Positions 22,469 through 33,500 of a DNA stretch of 64,000 nucleotides are shown here, piece after piece (positions within the stretch are counted from its first letter, which is position 1; every line of letters starts with the position of its first letter). The stretch covers positions 32,001 through 96,000 of the forward strand of contig BK006946.2 of assembly GCA_000146045.2 (NCBI GenBank), written 5' to 3'. Position numbers and translations under genes: made by a program. The DNA is from TPA_inf: Saccharomyces. Lineage: Eukaryota. The notes under the pieces were generated by a model, which made no database searches, was not told where the DNA came from, and saw nothing but the letters and a program-made list of their open reading frames with translations.

Positions 22469-22792
22469 CTCATAACTGTTTACAAGATTGATAGATACCT
22501 ATATAAGGCCACATATTTCAAGTATTGTAAGGATGCCCTTTTAGTGTCAAACTTCTTATTATCACGAAAAACGTCGTCTTTTCATGCAAGGAAGGACTAC
22601 AGTATATACATATAAATATATATTTATGTAATTATTTTTTTCTTTTTTTTTAAATTTTCTAGCGAGAATGAAGAAAAGCCGACCTCATCTCATCCTATTT
22701 GGAACAAATTCGAATGATCTGTCCAATACAGCAAGGCTACCTTGCGGTTGAATTCTATCTCGTACTACACTAAGACGAAAGAGAAAAACGAA

Positions 22793-23110
22793 ATGTCCAA
22801 GAGTAATACTTATAGGATGCTCGTCTTACTAGAAGACGACACCAAGATAAATAAAGAAGATGAAAAATTTTTGAAAGGTAAGCCGGGAAAAATGCATGAA
22901 TTTGTTGACGAGTTGATACTTCCATTTAATGTTGACGAACTGGACGAATTAAATACCTGGTTTGATAAGTTCGATGCCGAAATATGTATACCGAACGAAG
23001 GTCATATCAAATACGAAATTAGTAGCGATGGTTTAATTGTACTTATGCTAGATAAGGAAATTGAAGAGGTTGTCGAAAAAGTAAAGAAATTTGTCGAAGA
23101 GAATAACTGA
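22793..23110 (+). CDS. Small acidic protein of unknown function
   Basis: The ORF is open from 22742 (122 aa). The recalled YML108W product is 105 aa and starts at the Met of 'MSKSNTYRMLVLLEDD' at 22793. Confidence 0.7.
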   Translation: MSKSNTYRMLVLLEDDTKINKEDEKFLKGKPGKMHEFVDELILPFNVDELDELNTWFDKFDAEICIPNEGHIKYEISSDGLIVLMLDKEIEEVVEKVKKFVEENN

Positions 23111-23264
23111 AATAATGATGTTGCTTCGGTTTTTTGCATGAATATAACGTGACTGTTGCGTATGCATATGTGCACGTAATTTAAAGAGAGAGTGACAGAA
23201 TCTGCGCATCAGCATGGGGGCATATACAAGCATATGAGAATTTGGATAATGTATTACATCTAAT

Positions 23265-24269
23265 TTATAAAGTTTGTAGAACAGCCTCTAATTTATTTAG
23301 TCTTTCTCCCACGCCCAATTTCGTTATTAGTTTGTCCTCCTTGCCGATTAACTCCAGCAACATTGTGGGCAACAACTCTTTGTTGTAATACCGACACCAT
23401 AGAGCGTGTCCGTTAAATTCTGTATATTCTAACTTCTTCAGGGATGCTCGATGAAAGCAAGCCGTGCATTGAACCAGATCATCCTTCTGGAATTTCGTGT
23501 AGCCGAGAAGCAACAGACCTACGAGAGAATAGTCTTTACAATCGAAAAAAAATGCCAATTTTTGTATTTCTTTCTCAGACAAGTAATGAAATATACGGGA
23601 AGAGTTTCTTTTAAGGCTAAATTCATTTGATCCGGAAACAATTCTGTCAATTTCTGTATGAATTCTTTCAATTTCCCTTATAAGGTTTTGTGAGCTTAAA
23701 TAATACTCTTTGTTTAAATCAACCTGATTTTCCCTCCACGGACACTTTTGGAGATGATTTCCAATTATATTGGAATTCCAGATTTTTTCATTCAATTTCA
23801 TGGTGTAATCGGCGACATCATCGCCATTTTTTAATAAAGGAATTGTCATAATGGCATGGCAACAACAGCACTTAAATGGCACTTGCGACTGGGATGCACT
23901 TTGGTACGGCTCCCAGCCCTTGGATGCTAGAGTCAGTGGATTGACCCATCGAACGTCCCATTCAATGAGCACATGCCTTGTGTAGTTTTGAATGGAGCAT
24001 ATTCTTTTCAACAAGGCCCGAAGATCGTGTAATCGGAAACCAACAAAATGTTTAGAGCTTTCTTGTACCAAATCATCATACAATTGCACGTGGCTCTTAC
24101 ATTTTTCAGGCAACATTGAACTGCCATTATGGGATTTCTTCTTGTACCTCCATTTGGTAATAAGTCGCTCTCCTAGAGTATTCCTATATTTTCCCGGTAA
24201 AAGTTTGGTATTCTTGTCCAGCGAATGTCTAATAGACTTCAGTCTAACCTCCAATGCGTCCTTTTCCAT
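23265..24269 (-). CDS. PML39: Nuclear pore-associated protein needed for nuclear retention of unspliced pre-mRNA; C-terminal Cys/His zinc-finger-like region
   Basis: The ORF is open up to 24425 (386 aa). The recalled 334-aa product starts at the internal Met of 'MEKDALEVRLKS', whose ATG is at 24267–24269 on the minus strand. A Cys/His-rich segment is present (CCCCHAIMT...HLQKCPW). Confidence 0.8.
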   Translation of the reverse strand: MEKDALEVRLKSIRHSLDKNTKLLPGKYRNTLGERLITKWRYKKKSHNGSSMLPEKCKSHVQLYDDLVQESSKHFVGFRLHDLRALLKRICSIQNYTRHVLIEWDVRWVNPLTLASKGWEPYQSASQSQVPFKCCCCHAIMTIPLLKNGDDVADYTMKLNEKIWNSNIIGNHLQKCPWRENQVDLNKEYYLSSQNLIREIERIHTEIDRIVSGSNEFSLKRNSSRIFHYLSEKEIQKLAFFFDCKDYSLVGLLLLGYTKFQKDDLVQCTACFHRASLKKLEYTEFNGHALWCRYYNKELLPTMLLELIGKEDKLITKLGVGERLNKLEAVLQTL

Positions 24270-24751
24270 TAGTAACTGCCCTACTTTCCTGTCAATTCCT
24301 GGGGAATAATGTTTTATTTCTCCTTTACCATAGATTTCAAGATGACAGTTACTTTCGTTCCGAATGACTAGCGCTTGAAAATTTTTCAAACATTTTCCAT
24401 ATTCAATAAGCAAAACAAAGAGCATTTTGATTTGATAACAATTGTTTGGTAGTTTGATCTCATCATCAATCAGAGGTTTTTAACAAATTTATTTTTTGAA
24501 TACATTTCAAAAGGAAATTGCATTTTGTCTTTTTTTTTTTGGGAGAATTTTGTGGGGTATTTCAATCATTGTTCCAACTTTACGTTCCTTTTTTGAATAA
24601 AGACACTTCTTATTATTAACAGGCTTTTATTTGTCAAATAAGATTCATTCAAAATTTCCATAAAGCATTACTTCTGCGATATACTACTAACGGAATTTTG
24701 GTTGCGTATTATTGTGTCTGACATTGTATGAAGGATACACAAAAAAATTAA

Positions 24752-25453
<702 letters not shown>

Positions 25454-25865
25454 AAATCAGTTTTTTAATTAAATGATTTATTTATCTCTTTTAAGAACTA
25501 TTAATCTTAGTTACTACGATACATGCACGCCGCTCATCTATATATGTGTATAAATAGCGTATATTCACACACATATATATAGAGCGAGAGAGTTTTCTTG
25601 TTACTTTTTTCTGTGTTTCGGTACCTCTTGCCTGTAGCTGCTTCAAAACTCTTGGCTTATTGAACTCTGTTTCAACTACAGACGAAATAATACGAATAAT
25701 TGATTTGTCTTGATGTAAAAATTTAAAAGCTGATACAACAAGTCATTTAGCACTTGATCTGAACAAACATCATATTCTTATAGTTCTGCTATTATAATCT
25801 ATTAATATATTAATATATTAATCTCAATATACATATACATATACATAAATGGGTAAAGGAGACAA

Positions 25866-26687
25866 TCATCTTCTAACTACTTTGTACTTATTTTTTGGTG
25901 GCTTGAACGACTTTTCTGCCGCTGTAATCTTAGGAGTTTCGTAAACAGATTTTGTCATTGGGTGGCCCATCAAGAACGGACTATGCAGCGGAACAATCTC
26001 ATTCATTTTGAATCCCTTTACACGTGGAATCTTTTTGAATTCAATATTGTCGAAATCAGGGCCATATGGAATCTCCCTTAAAGATTCAATAGTAGTTGGA
26101 TGTCTTTTCATATACTCCCCAACAGCTTTCATTAATTGCCTCTTTCCACCTTTGAATTTAGTGGCTGCGCCAATTAATTGTCCATTTTCTTTGAAAAGTA
26201 CACGAATTCTACCAGGATTACCAAAATCTTGTGGGTGACATTTTTCACCTTCAAAAATGCATAATATTCCCAATTCACGGACAGCATCTGCCATAGTTTT
26301 AGCCAAAGGATTTTCAACAGCCAACTCCTTAGGAACCCTTCTCCCTTCCTTATGTGATCTGTTTATGTCAAAGTAACATGGATAGAGTACTTGGAATCTT
26401 TTGACTTCTTCTAAATCTTTCTTCGAAATAGCCTCCGAACGTTCAACCTTACCAGTTTTTGGGTTAATAAAACTCAACTGCTCTTTTTCGTTGCTACTAT
26501 TGTTGTTGCTATTACTGTTGTTATTCGTGCCAGGTAAAAATGCAGGGTTCTCTTGGTCCTGGCTCCTTACAACCTTAGGCGTTATCTTGGGAGCGATCGG
26601 CGTCCTCAAAGATGGATCTAACTCGGCCAATTCCATATCAAGGTCGTCGATATCATTGAAATCGTCAATCTCTTCTAATCTAGGCAT
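25866..26687 (-). CDS. SEC65: Signal recognition particle subunit (SRP19 homologue)
   Basis: 273-aa ORF. It has an SRP19-like core ('[27 protein letters not shown]') and an N/S-rich insert. The length equals SEC65. Confidence 0.88.
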   Translation of the reverse strand: MPRLEEIDDFNDIDDLDMELAELDPSLRTPIAPKITPKVVRSQDQENPAFLPGTNNNSNSNNNSSNEKEQLSFINPKTGKVERSEAISKKDLEEVKRFQVLYPCYFDINRSHKEGRRVPKELAVENPLAKTMADAVRELGILCIFEGEKCHPQDFGNPGRIRVLFKENGQLIGAATKFKGGKRQLMKAVGEYMKRHPTTIESLREIPYGPDFDNIEFKKIPRVKGFKMNEIVPLHSPFLMGHPMTKSVYETPKITAAEKSFKPPKNKYKVVRR

Positions 26688-26938
26688 TTTGACTTTATGA
26701 TACTATAGCTTATGGCTTATTTTATTTCTTTTGATTTCGTTAGTTGCTAGCCTGTTGAATATCATTGATATTTTTTTTTTTTTCAGATTACAAAAGCGTG
26801 AAAAATAAATACTTCCCAATTGTTTTAAGAAGAAGTACACAATTTTTAAAGCGGCTGAAGAAGTGTACCAATTTATTTGCTATTGTGACAATTACACTTT
26901 TTTTTTTAGATTGTTCGGTACTTAGTCAAGTTTTATTT

Positions 26939-29900
26939 TCAGTCATTACATATTATGTCCAATAAAATTGCATCAAGAGCTTCCAACAGTAAGCTGGCAT
27001 TTAAATACGGATTCTGTAGCATGGCATGGACCCGGCCAGCAGCTTCATGAGAATCTCTTAGACCAACTACACGACCACAAGTGTCTGCGAAGAGTCTTTG
27101 CAAACTGGTTAAAGCGAGTTGTTCCGTCCGTAACCTTTCACCTTCGCTTCTTGTTGCCTCTGCCGTTTCATTTCTTTTTCTTTCGAACAGACCGTTATCA
27201 CCCCATAGCATATTCTTGAATGTAACTATTGCTTCAAATACTTGATCCTCTGATCTCAATTTTTGAATGCTGACCTTTATATACTTTTCAATAGTGCTCC
27301 CAAGAAGCTGTTGTAAAACGGTAATTATAGCCCTTCCTCTTAACCAACCCGCGTTGGCCTTATTTAAAGCAAAGAGCGAAATAAATAAGTCACATATCTG
27401 TTTAACAAAAGATTTATTTTGCGAATAAAAAGGATAGCCAGAATCGGTGAAAAAATGTCTTTCATCTTCATAGAAATTCAATTCACCGCCGTCTTCAGAG
27501 CTTTGTAAATCAACAACAGAACTGCTATTACTTGTGCTATTACTACTACCAATAGGTTCATGAAGTGGCTCCTCCAGAATATCATCATGCATATATTCCT
27601 TGTTCAGTTTGAATGGGGTAGGATCTGTCAAAAATCTTCTGAAAATGTTATCTTCGCATATTTCAGAAATAGATAATAGTTCTCGCAAGTACTTTTCAAG
27701 TTTTTGCTTTCGTTCCTCATAAAGCAATGTTTTTGTAACATGATATTTCAATGACATTTTCACTTTTGACGGGAACAAATCTTGCAACTGCCTCATCAGA
27801 TCCCTAAAATTCTTTTTCAAATATGTATTTAATTCAAAAAATTCATTATATCTCCTTGCCATATCCCAAGAACTTACCTGCCCATTGTTAAAATGATGGA
27901 TATTGATGATATAATAAGTTATTTCTTTTAGGCCATTACTAGAATTCTCACTGAAGTACGACCTAATGTATATCTTAGTTTTTCTGAACAAACTATTACC
28001 ATTTTCTTGTACCATATATTGCTGTTTCAACAGTTCCTTCATTTCTAGTTCCTTTAATAGGGTTCTTTGTGACTTTTTTAAAATTTTCAACTGCATTTGA
28101 TTGTTGGTCAGATCTGCCTTCAAAATCAAATGCCTTAAAAGTTCAAGCTCTTTCTCAATCTGATCAATTGAAATAGTCAAGGATGCTATATTATCCCTAA
28201 AGTTGTTTGACCCATAAAATTGGCTAGGATTTAGGCCTGAATTCCCGCTGGAAACACTTACTTTCTCCATATTACGTGGGTGATCCAACTGATCCTCGAC
28301 AACAGAAATTTCTGAGGTATTATCGTTTTCATCGTCGAAGAGTTTATCTTTGAAAATGTTGTCATTTTCTGAACCAAAGAGCTGAGAATAACGGGGATTT
28401 GAGCTTATTCTTGATTTATGCGGCTTGGATCCCGATCCATTCACTATATTATCTAAAGCATCTGTGATGCCGGGGTTTGCGAATATTCTGACAGGATTCA
28501 TAAAATCAGTCTTCACATTATCTTTTATTATTTTGTTTTGTTCTGGATTGTTAACACCACCGATTCTACTCAGAAAGTGAGCATATATATCAGTCGAAAT
28601 GATGTGGGACGTTGAAAGCATTTTGAGAAATGAAGGTGTTTTCTTGAAAAGAGGTAAAAATCTATCATCGAGATACTTTATAGCCTCTGTCTGTAGTAGT
28701 AAAACGCTTTTCCGAGCTAGGATAAATGTGTCTTCATCGTTGTTGATTTGAAATGAATTTCTGAAAAGTATTATATTTTTCACTAAACCTTCATCCAGCA
28801 ATTTCATATTTTGCAAGTTATTGTTATGAAAAAACTTTGAAGAAATCTCTTGCAGTTGCATTGTGCTAATTCCTGAATAACCAGAAATTATATCTTCAGA
28901 TGTAGCATCTTCCAAGGGATTTTTGAATGATTCAATTGTTTGCGAATACTCTAAAAATGTTGAACCCTGTGTTTCAGGAACACTGCCTAAAAATGATTCA
29001 AAAAAAGGAAGAAACTCGCTATCGTCTACAATGTCCTTCAATGTGATGGAGGTAAGAAATGAAGCCATTTCCTTCAATACTATTCCATTATCCATATTTA
29101 AATCGGGATAATTAGCCTCTCTTGCAAGCTTTTTGCTTGCCGTATCAATTTCCGAGCCAGGGAACGATAACTTTGATTCAATCAAATTTAAGGAAAGCAG
29201 TAATCGTTTCTTATACTTCAAATTTTCCTTGGTCAAATGTTCATTTTCTTTCAATTGGTATATTTTGAGGGCCAATGAATACGCAACATATTTGATATCA
29301 CTTAAATCCAACAAGGAGTCCAACTGGTTGAGATAATGCTCGAATTGTTTTCCAGTATATTCAGCATTAAGCTCCAATTTTTCACTTGAGGGTTCTCCAA
29401 CATCTTTGTTCGCTACGTCATTCATCACTTTTCTATGATCTTGTAACTCTTTACTCAACATTCTTCTTATCTTGTGAACTTTGTGCTTTTCCTCGAAATA
29501 ATTTTGTGAAAGGCTTACAATTCTTAAATTCCAACTATCTGGATCAGTAAATTTGAAAATTAATGGAGAAATAATGCACGTAGTGAGAACTTCCGTCATT
29601 AATGTGAAAACAAGCAATGAATCTAACTCATCATTATCAAAAAGGTGAGGAAGGAGCCCGATTACAGTTTTCCTTATGGATTTTTCAATTTCTTTCTGAA
29701 GAGCATTCGGCTTCAATGATAATGATTTATGTATTTTGTAATTTTTATTAAACTCAACGGCAATTTGTAGATCGATGTTGGCTGATTTATGCCTTTCAAG
29801 AGTCAAATCGCTTAGCACAGCTTCTCTGGCATCACAAAAAGTGCTGAAATGTTTGTTAAATATAGGCAACAGCTTCAGAACAATCAAGCTGGCACTATCA

Positions 29901-30322
29901 TTCTTCATCAACTTGTCCTTCACCACTAGGAGCGTTTGTAATAATCTCCACTTTATTACTTTGAGGAACTCTGCGTCACTATTCTTATCGATTTTTGTGA
30001 ACCAAGGCTGAACAAAATCTTTAATAATTAAATTAACAATACTCTCTAATTCTTTCCCAATTTGCGCGTTCCCATCTTGTATTAAACCCTCGACAGACTT
30101 CAATTCTTTATCAACATCCACAGTATTCGAACTTTCCGGTACGATATCAACAAATCTTGGCTGAGGTTTCGGTAAATCAGGCAAGGATTTGAAGAATACG
30201 AAGTACGCAAAGATGCAGACATTAAGAAAGAACCCCAGCGAAAAAGTGATTACCGACCATTGTATCATTGATATTAAGTAAAACAAAACTAAAATCAATC
30301 GAAACTGTGGAAACTTAGGCAT
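26939..30322 (-). CDS. MDM1: PXA–PX–nexin-C family protein (sorting-nexin-like membrane tether)
   Basis: 1127-aa ORF. It has N-terminal transmembrane helices and the PX-domain signature 'RRYNEFFELNTYLKK' (R-R-Y-x-x-F-x-x-L). The length equals MDM1. Confidence 0.9.
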   Translation of the reverse strand: MPKFPQFRLILVLFYLISMIQWSVITFSLGFFLNVCIFAYFVFFKSLPDLPKPQPRFVDIVPESSNTVDVDKELKSVEGLIQDGNAQIGKELESIVNLIIKDFVQPWFTKIDKNSDAEFLKVIKWRLLQTLLVVKDKLMKNDSASLIVLKLLPIFNKHFSTFCDAREAVLSDLTLERHKSANIDLQIAVEFNKNYKIHKSLSLKPNALQKEIEKSIRKTVIGLLPHLFDNDELDSLLVFTLMTEVLTTCIISPLIFKFTDPDSWNLRIVSLSQNYFEEKHKVHKIRRMLSKELQDHRKVMNDVANKDVGEPSSEKLELNAEYTGKQFEHYLNQLDSLLDLSDIKYVAYSLALKIYQLKENEHLTKENLKYKKRLLLSLNLIESKLSFPGSEIDTASKKLAREANYPDLNMDNGIVLKEMASFLTSITLKDIVDDSEFLPFFESFLGSVPETQGSTFLEYSQTIESFKNPLEDATSEDIISGYSGISTMQLQEISSKFFHNNNLQNMKLLDEGLVKNIILFRNSFQINNDEDTFILARKSVLLLQTEAIKYLDDRFLPLFKKTPSFLKMLSTSHIISTDIYAHFLSRIGGVNNPEQNKIIKDNVKTDFMNPVRIFANPGITDALDNIVNGSGSKPHKSRISSNPRYSQLFGSENDNIFKDKLFDDENDNTSEISVVEDQLDHPRNMEKVSVSSGNSGLNPSQFYGSNNFRDNIASLTISIDQIEKELELLRHLILKADLTNNQMQLKILKKSQRTLLKELEMKELLKQQYMVQENGNSLFRKTKIYIRSYFSENSSNGLKEITYYIINIHHFNNGQVSSWDMARRYNEFFELNTYLKKNFRDLMRQLQDLFPSKVKMSLKYHVTKTLLYEERKQKLEKYLRELLSISEICEDNIFRRFLTDPTPFKLNKEYMHDDILEEPLHEPIGSSNSTSNSSSVVDLQSSEDGGELNFYEDERHFFTDSGYPFYSQNKSFVKQICDLFISLFALNKANAGWLRGRAIITVLQQLLGSTIEKYIKVSIQKLRSEDQVFEAIVTFKNMLWGDNGLFERKRNETAEATRSEGERLRTEQLALTSLQRLFADTCGRVVGLRDSHEAAGRVHAMLQNPYLNASLLLEALDAILLDIICND

Positions 30323-30581
30323 ACGATATCATATCAGAAGGCACAAACACGCGCACTTATGGCGCTTTCAAAGCATGAGAGTCTTCGGTTAATTTACTTA
30401 TCTTATTGTTTACATATTTTTGAAGTTCGTAAGGCGATGAAAAAAAAAAGTACACAATGGATAGAACTGGGATGGAAAAAGCTCATACAGTCGCAGTCCG
30501 CAGTATAGCAACAAAGGGCCACCCTTGCACTTGCACTGTTCATTATTATATTATGTAGCTTTACATAACCTGCAAAATAAG

Positions 30582-33500
30582 TTAAACGTCCTTAAATAGT
30601 GAATCTTGTAATGCTTTAATGTCTCTGCTGATACCCTTGACGAACTCCAATCTGCTTGATTCATCCTCCAACTGCTGTTGCTCTTCTAAAGTTGTAGGTA
30701 TTATTCTTGAATTCAAGTATTTTGGATGTGTTAGAAACTTGCTTAATGCAGCGCTTAACCTTTTTTTATCATGTTCAGAATCTAGACCAATAACCAATTC
30801 TACAGCTTCTTGTTGATCATCAGAGTTTTTAGGCTGAATAAACAATTCTTGGTAATTTAGCAAGTTTAGCATTTTTTGCAATAAAACCAATTGATTCGTT
30901 TCCTTTATCAACGAACTTGACACTGCTAACTTGTTGTCACCCCAGTTATATATTGTAGATTTTATTTGTTTTCCAAAATATGAAACAAATAGGCACGTCT
31001 CAGGTAAAACCTTGATACCGAACTGACTTAATAGTAGTAGAACAATGGATAACAAACCATTGCTCCAAATGTTGTGCAATCTAGGCGAAAATTCAGGTTT
31101 TATATCACCTTGCTGTATTGCAACAGATAGTGGACTTTCCAATAGAACGCTATACAATCCACTGTTGATGAGTTTTGCAGCAATTGGCTCAATAGAACAC
31201 AATTCGGAGATAAAGGTCAGAGTAATTTGCCCAAGAATTGGTTCATCGTTAATCCTTATCAAATGCGCGCTTGAATATAGGTTCAGTATAACTTTCAAAG
31301 TTCCTACTTCGTTTAGGGATGATGCTAGAATAACATTGAAGTTTTTAGAGGGATTCACATTGGTGATCTTCTTGAAGAGTGATAATAATAACAATAAATC
31401 CTGAGTATTATCCTCCAAGTTGACAATTTGGGTGGTGTGATCGGTGCTTAAACCCCTCGTGGAGCATTTATTGATCTGACATAATATCTCAGACAGTATC
31501 AAATAAACACCCTTACTAAACACTAATTCAAAAAATTCCAGTAGTTGATCAGATATTAATTCGATAAAACGATCTCCTGACGAGACTAACTCGAGAAGAA
31601 CTAAGACAGATCTCAAAAGAGGTCTATAAAAGTTATTTTTTAGTGACTTACCAATATTTTTAATAAAGTCAATCTCACCAGATTTGAAAATTGTAAAAAT
31701 CTTGTTCATCAATTCAATTATCTTTTCTTCCTTCAACAATTTTCCCGACAACTTGAACGAATATAAAATGTAAAACGACAACTCAATTCTTTCCAGATAT
31801 ATTTGGGTAAACATTTGTTTATCTGAACCAAAATCAATATTTAACTTGAGGAAATGCTCTACCAAGTCGACAAAACCATCATTTAACGGAACAGTGCTCC
31901 TCTTCACAAACGTGGTGATTAGTGCGCCCCATGCTTTTGCGGTAGATATTTCGTAATTGACATACTGCAAATTTAATGAAGCGTCTGTTATTTCCTCCTT
32001 AAAATTTGTCTGACTCTTACTTGGTTCGTTCCAACTACGGTCAGCTTTTAAAACTATATCTAATAACGGAATATCATAACCGAAATTCTCATTTTCGTTT
32101 ATTCTGGATAATGGAATTTTTTGGAACGACTGAAGCTCTAAACTGGGCCATTTCTCTTTAAATTTTAAGTTTAATTCATCATGAAAAGTTTTATTGAACC
32201 CATCAATTTGGAAGAAATGATGAACTAATTCAAACAAGTCTTCCTGATTCAAAAAATTTAAAATTTCCGAGTTTGAATCAGTGGAGTTGTAAATACACAA
32301 CGCAAATATTTCTACAATCCTTGAGATCAATTTGTATTTCTTAATCAAAGAAACAGTTTCGTCACGAGTCAAATTTTCCTTTTTCTGAAATAATTTTTTT
32401 GAGTCCTTCAACTTAGCCAATAAGGAATTCACAAATTTAGGATCTTTTATGAATATTTTAGAATTTGTCCAAGTGTTTAAAACATATGTTATCGTTTCTA
32501 ATAACTTGCAACTTACTTCTTCAGGCGTTGAATCTAATAGTAAAGAATTCTTTTGCAAAACAGTTAATATAGAACTCTTTTTGTCTATGGAGGATTCGTC
32601 ATTAATTTTTTTATTGGAGGCAAATTGACCTGTTAAGAAGAGGATAGATAACCCATCTTGTTTACTTTCTAATAGGGTAGTAAAAAAAATGTACAAACTT
32701 CGGAGAAGGTTCCAATCTTGCACTGGAGAGCTCAGGTCCGACAGGACTTCTTTCAAAAATGCCATTGACTTTGCTTCACCAAGGAAAGATAACAGAAATG
32801 GATAGTCGTCATTCCAAGGAGCCTCTACTAAATAGCTTAACAACTCTATGATCTGCACTTTGAAATGAACATAACTTGGTAGGGTATAAACGTCAACCAA
32901 TTTTGATGAATTTATGAAAAGCAATTTTTCCAGGTTGCTTGGCTTTAAATCACGATTGCTACCTCGAATAGCGATCAAAAGCGTGCACAGCTTGAAGGAG
33001 TTATTCATTACCTTGCTATATAAATTACCCAAAATTTTGTCGCCTAAAATTTTTGTTGTGGTATTCAATGGTGAAATCAGAATATTCGTCAAAGTATTTG
33101 GAGCCAAATCAATGGAATCCATGGGAGTCAAAAATAACTGCAACAATTTGTTTGCTGACGAGGAAATGATTAACTGATCCTTTTGATGTGGATTTATGGT
33201 GAAAACGTCATGAAGTACATCATAAAAAATTAATGTCAAATGGAAGGCAATTTCGAATTTTTGTAAGAAGTTGTTGTACTTCCAGTTGTAATAACTCTCA
33301 AAGATATGAATTGCATGTAGAATCAACTTATTAATAATATCAATTTTACTTCTCTTGGAAATATGGATATTTTTCAATGAGAGAGATTCTCGAATAAAGA
33401 CTTTTGTTAGCTTAAGCAATTGGATAGTGAATGTGTAATCCCCCGTAGATAATTCAACCGAACCGAGTATCATATTGGAAAGACCAGTCTTACCATATTT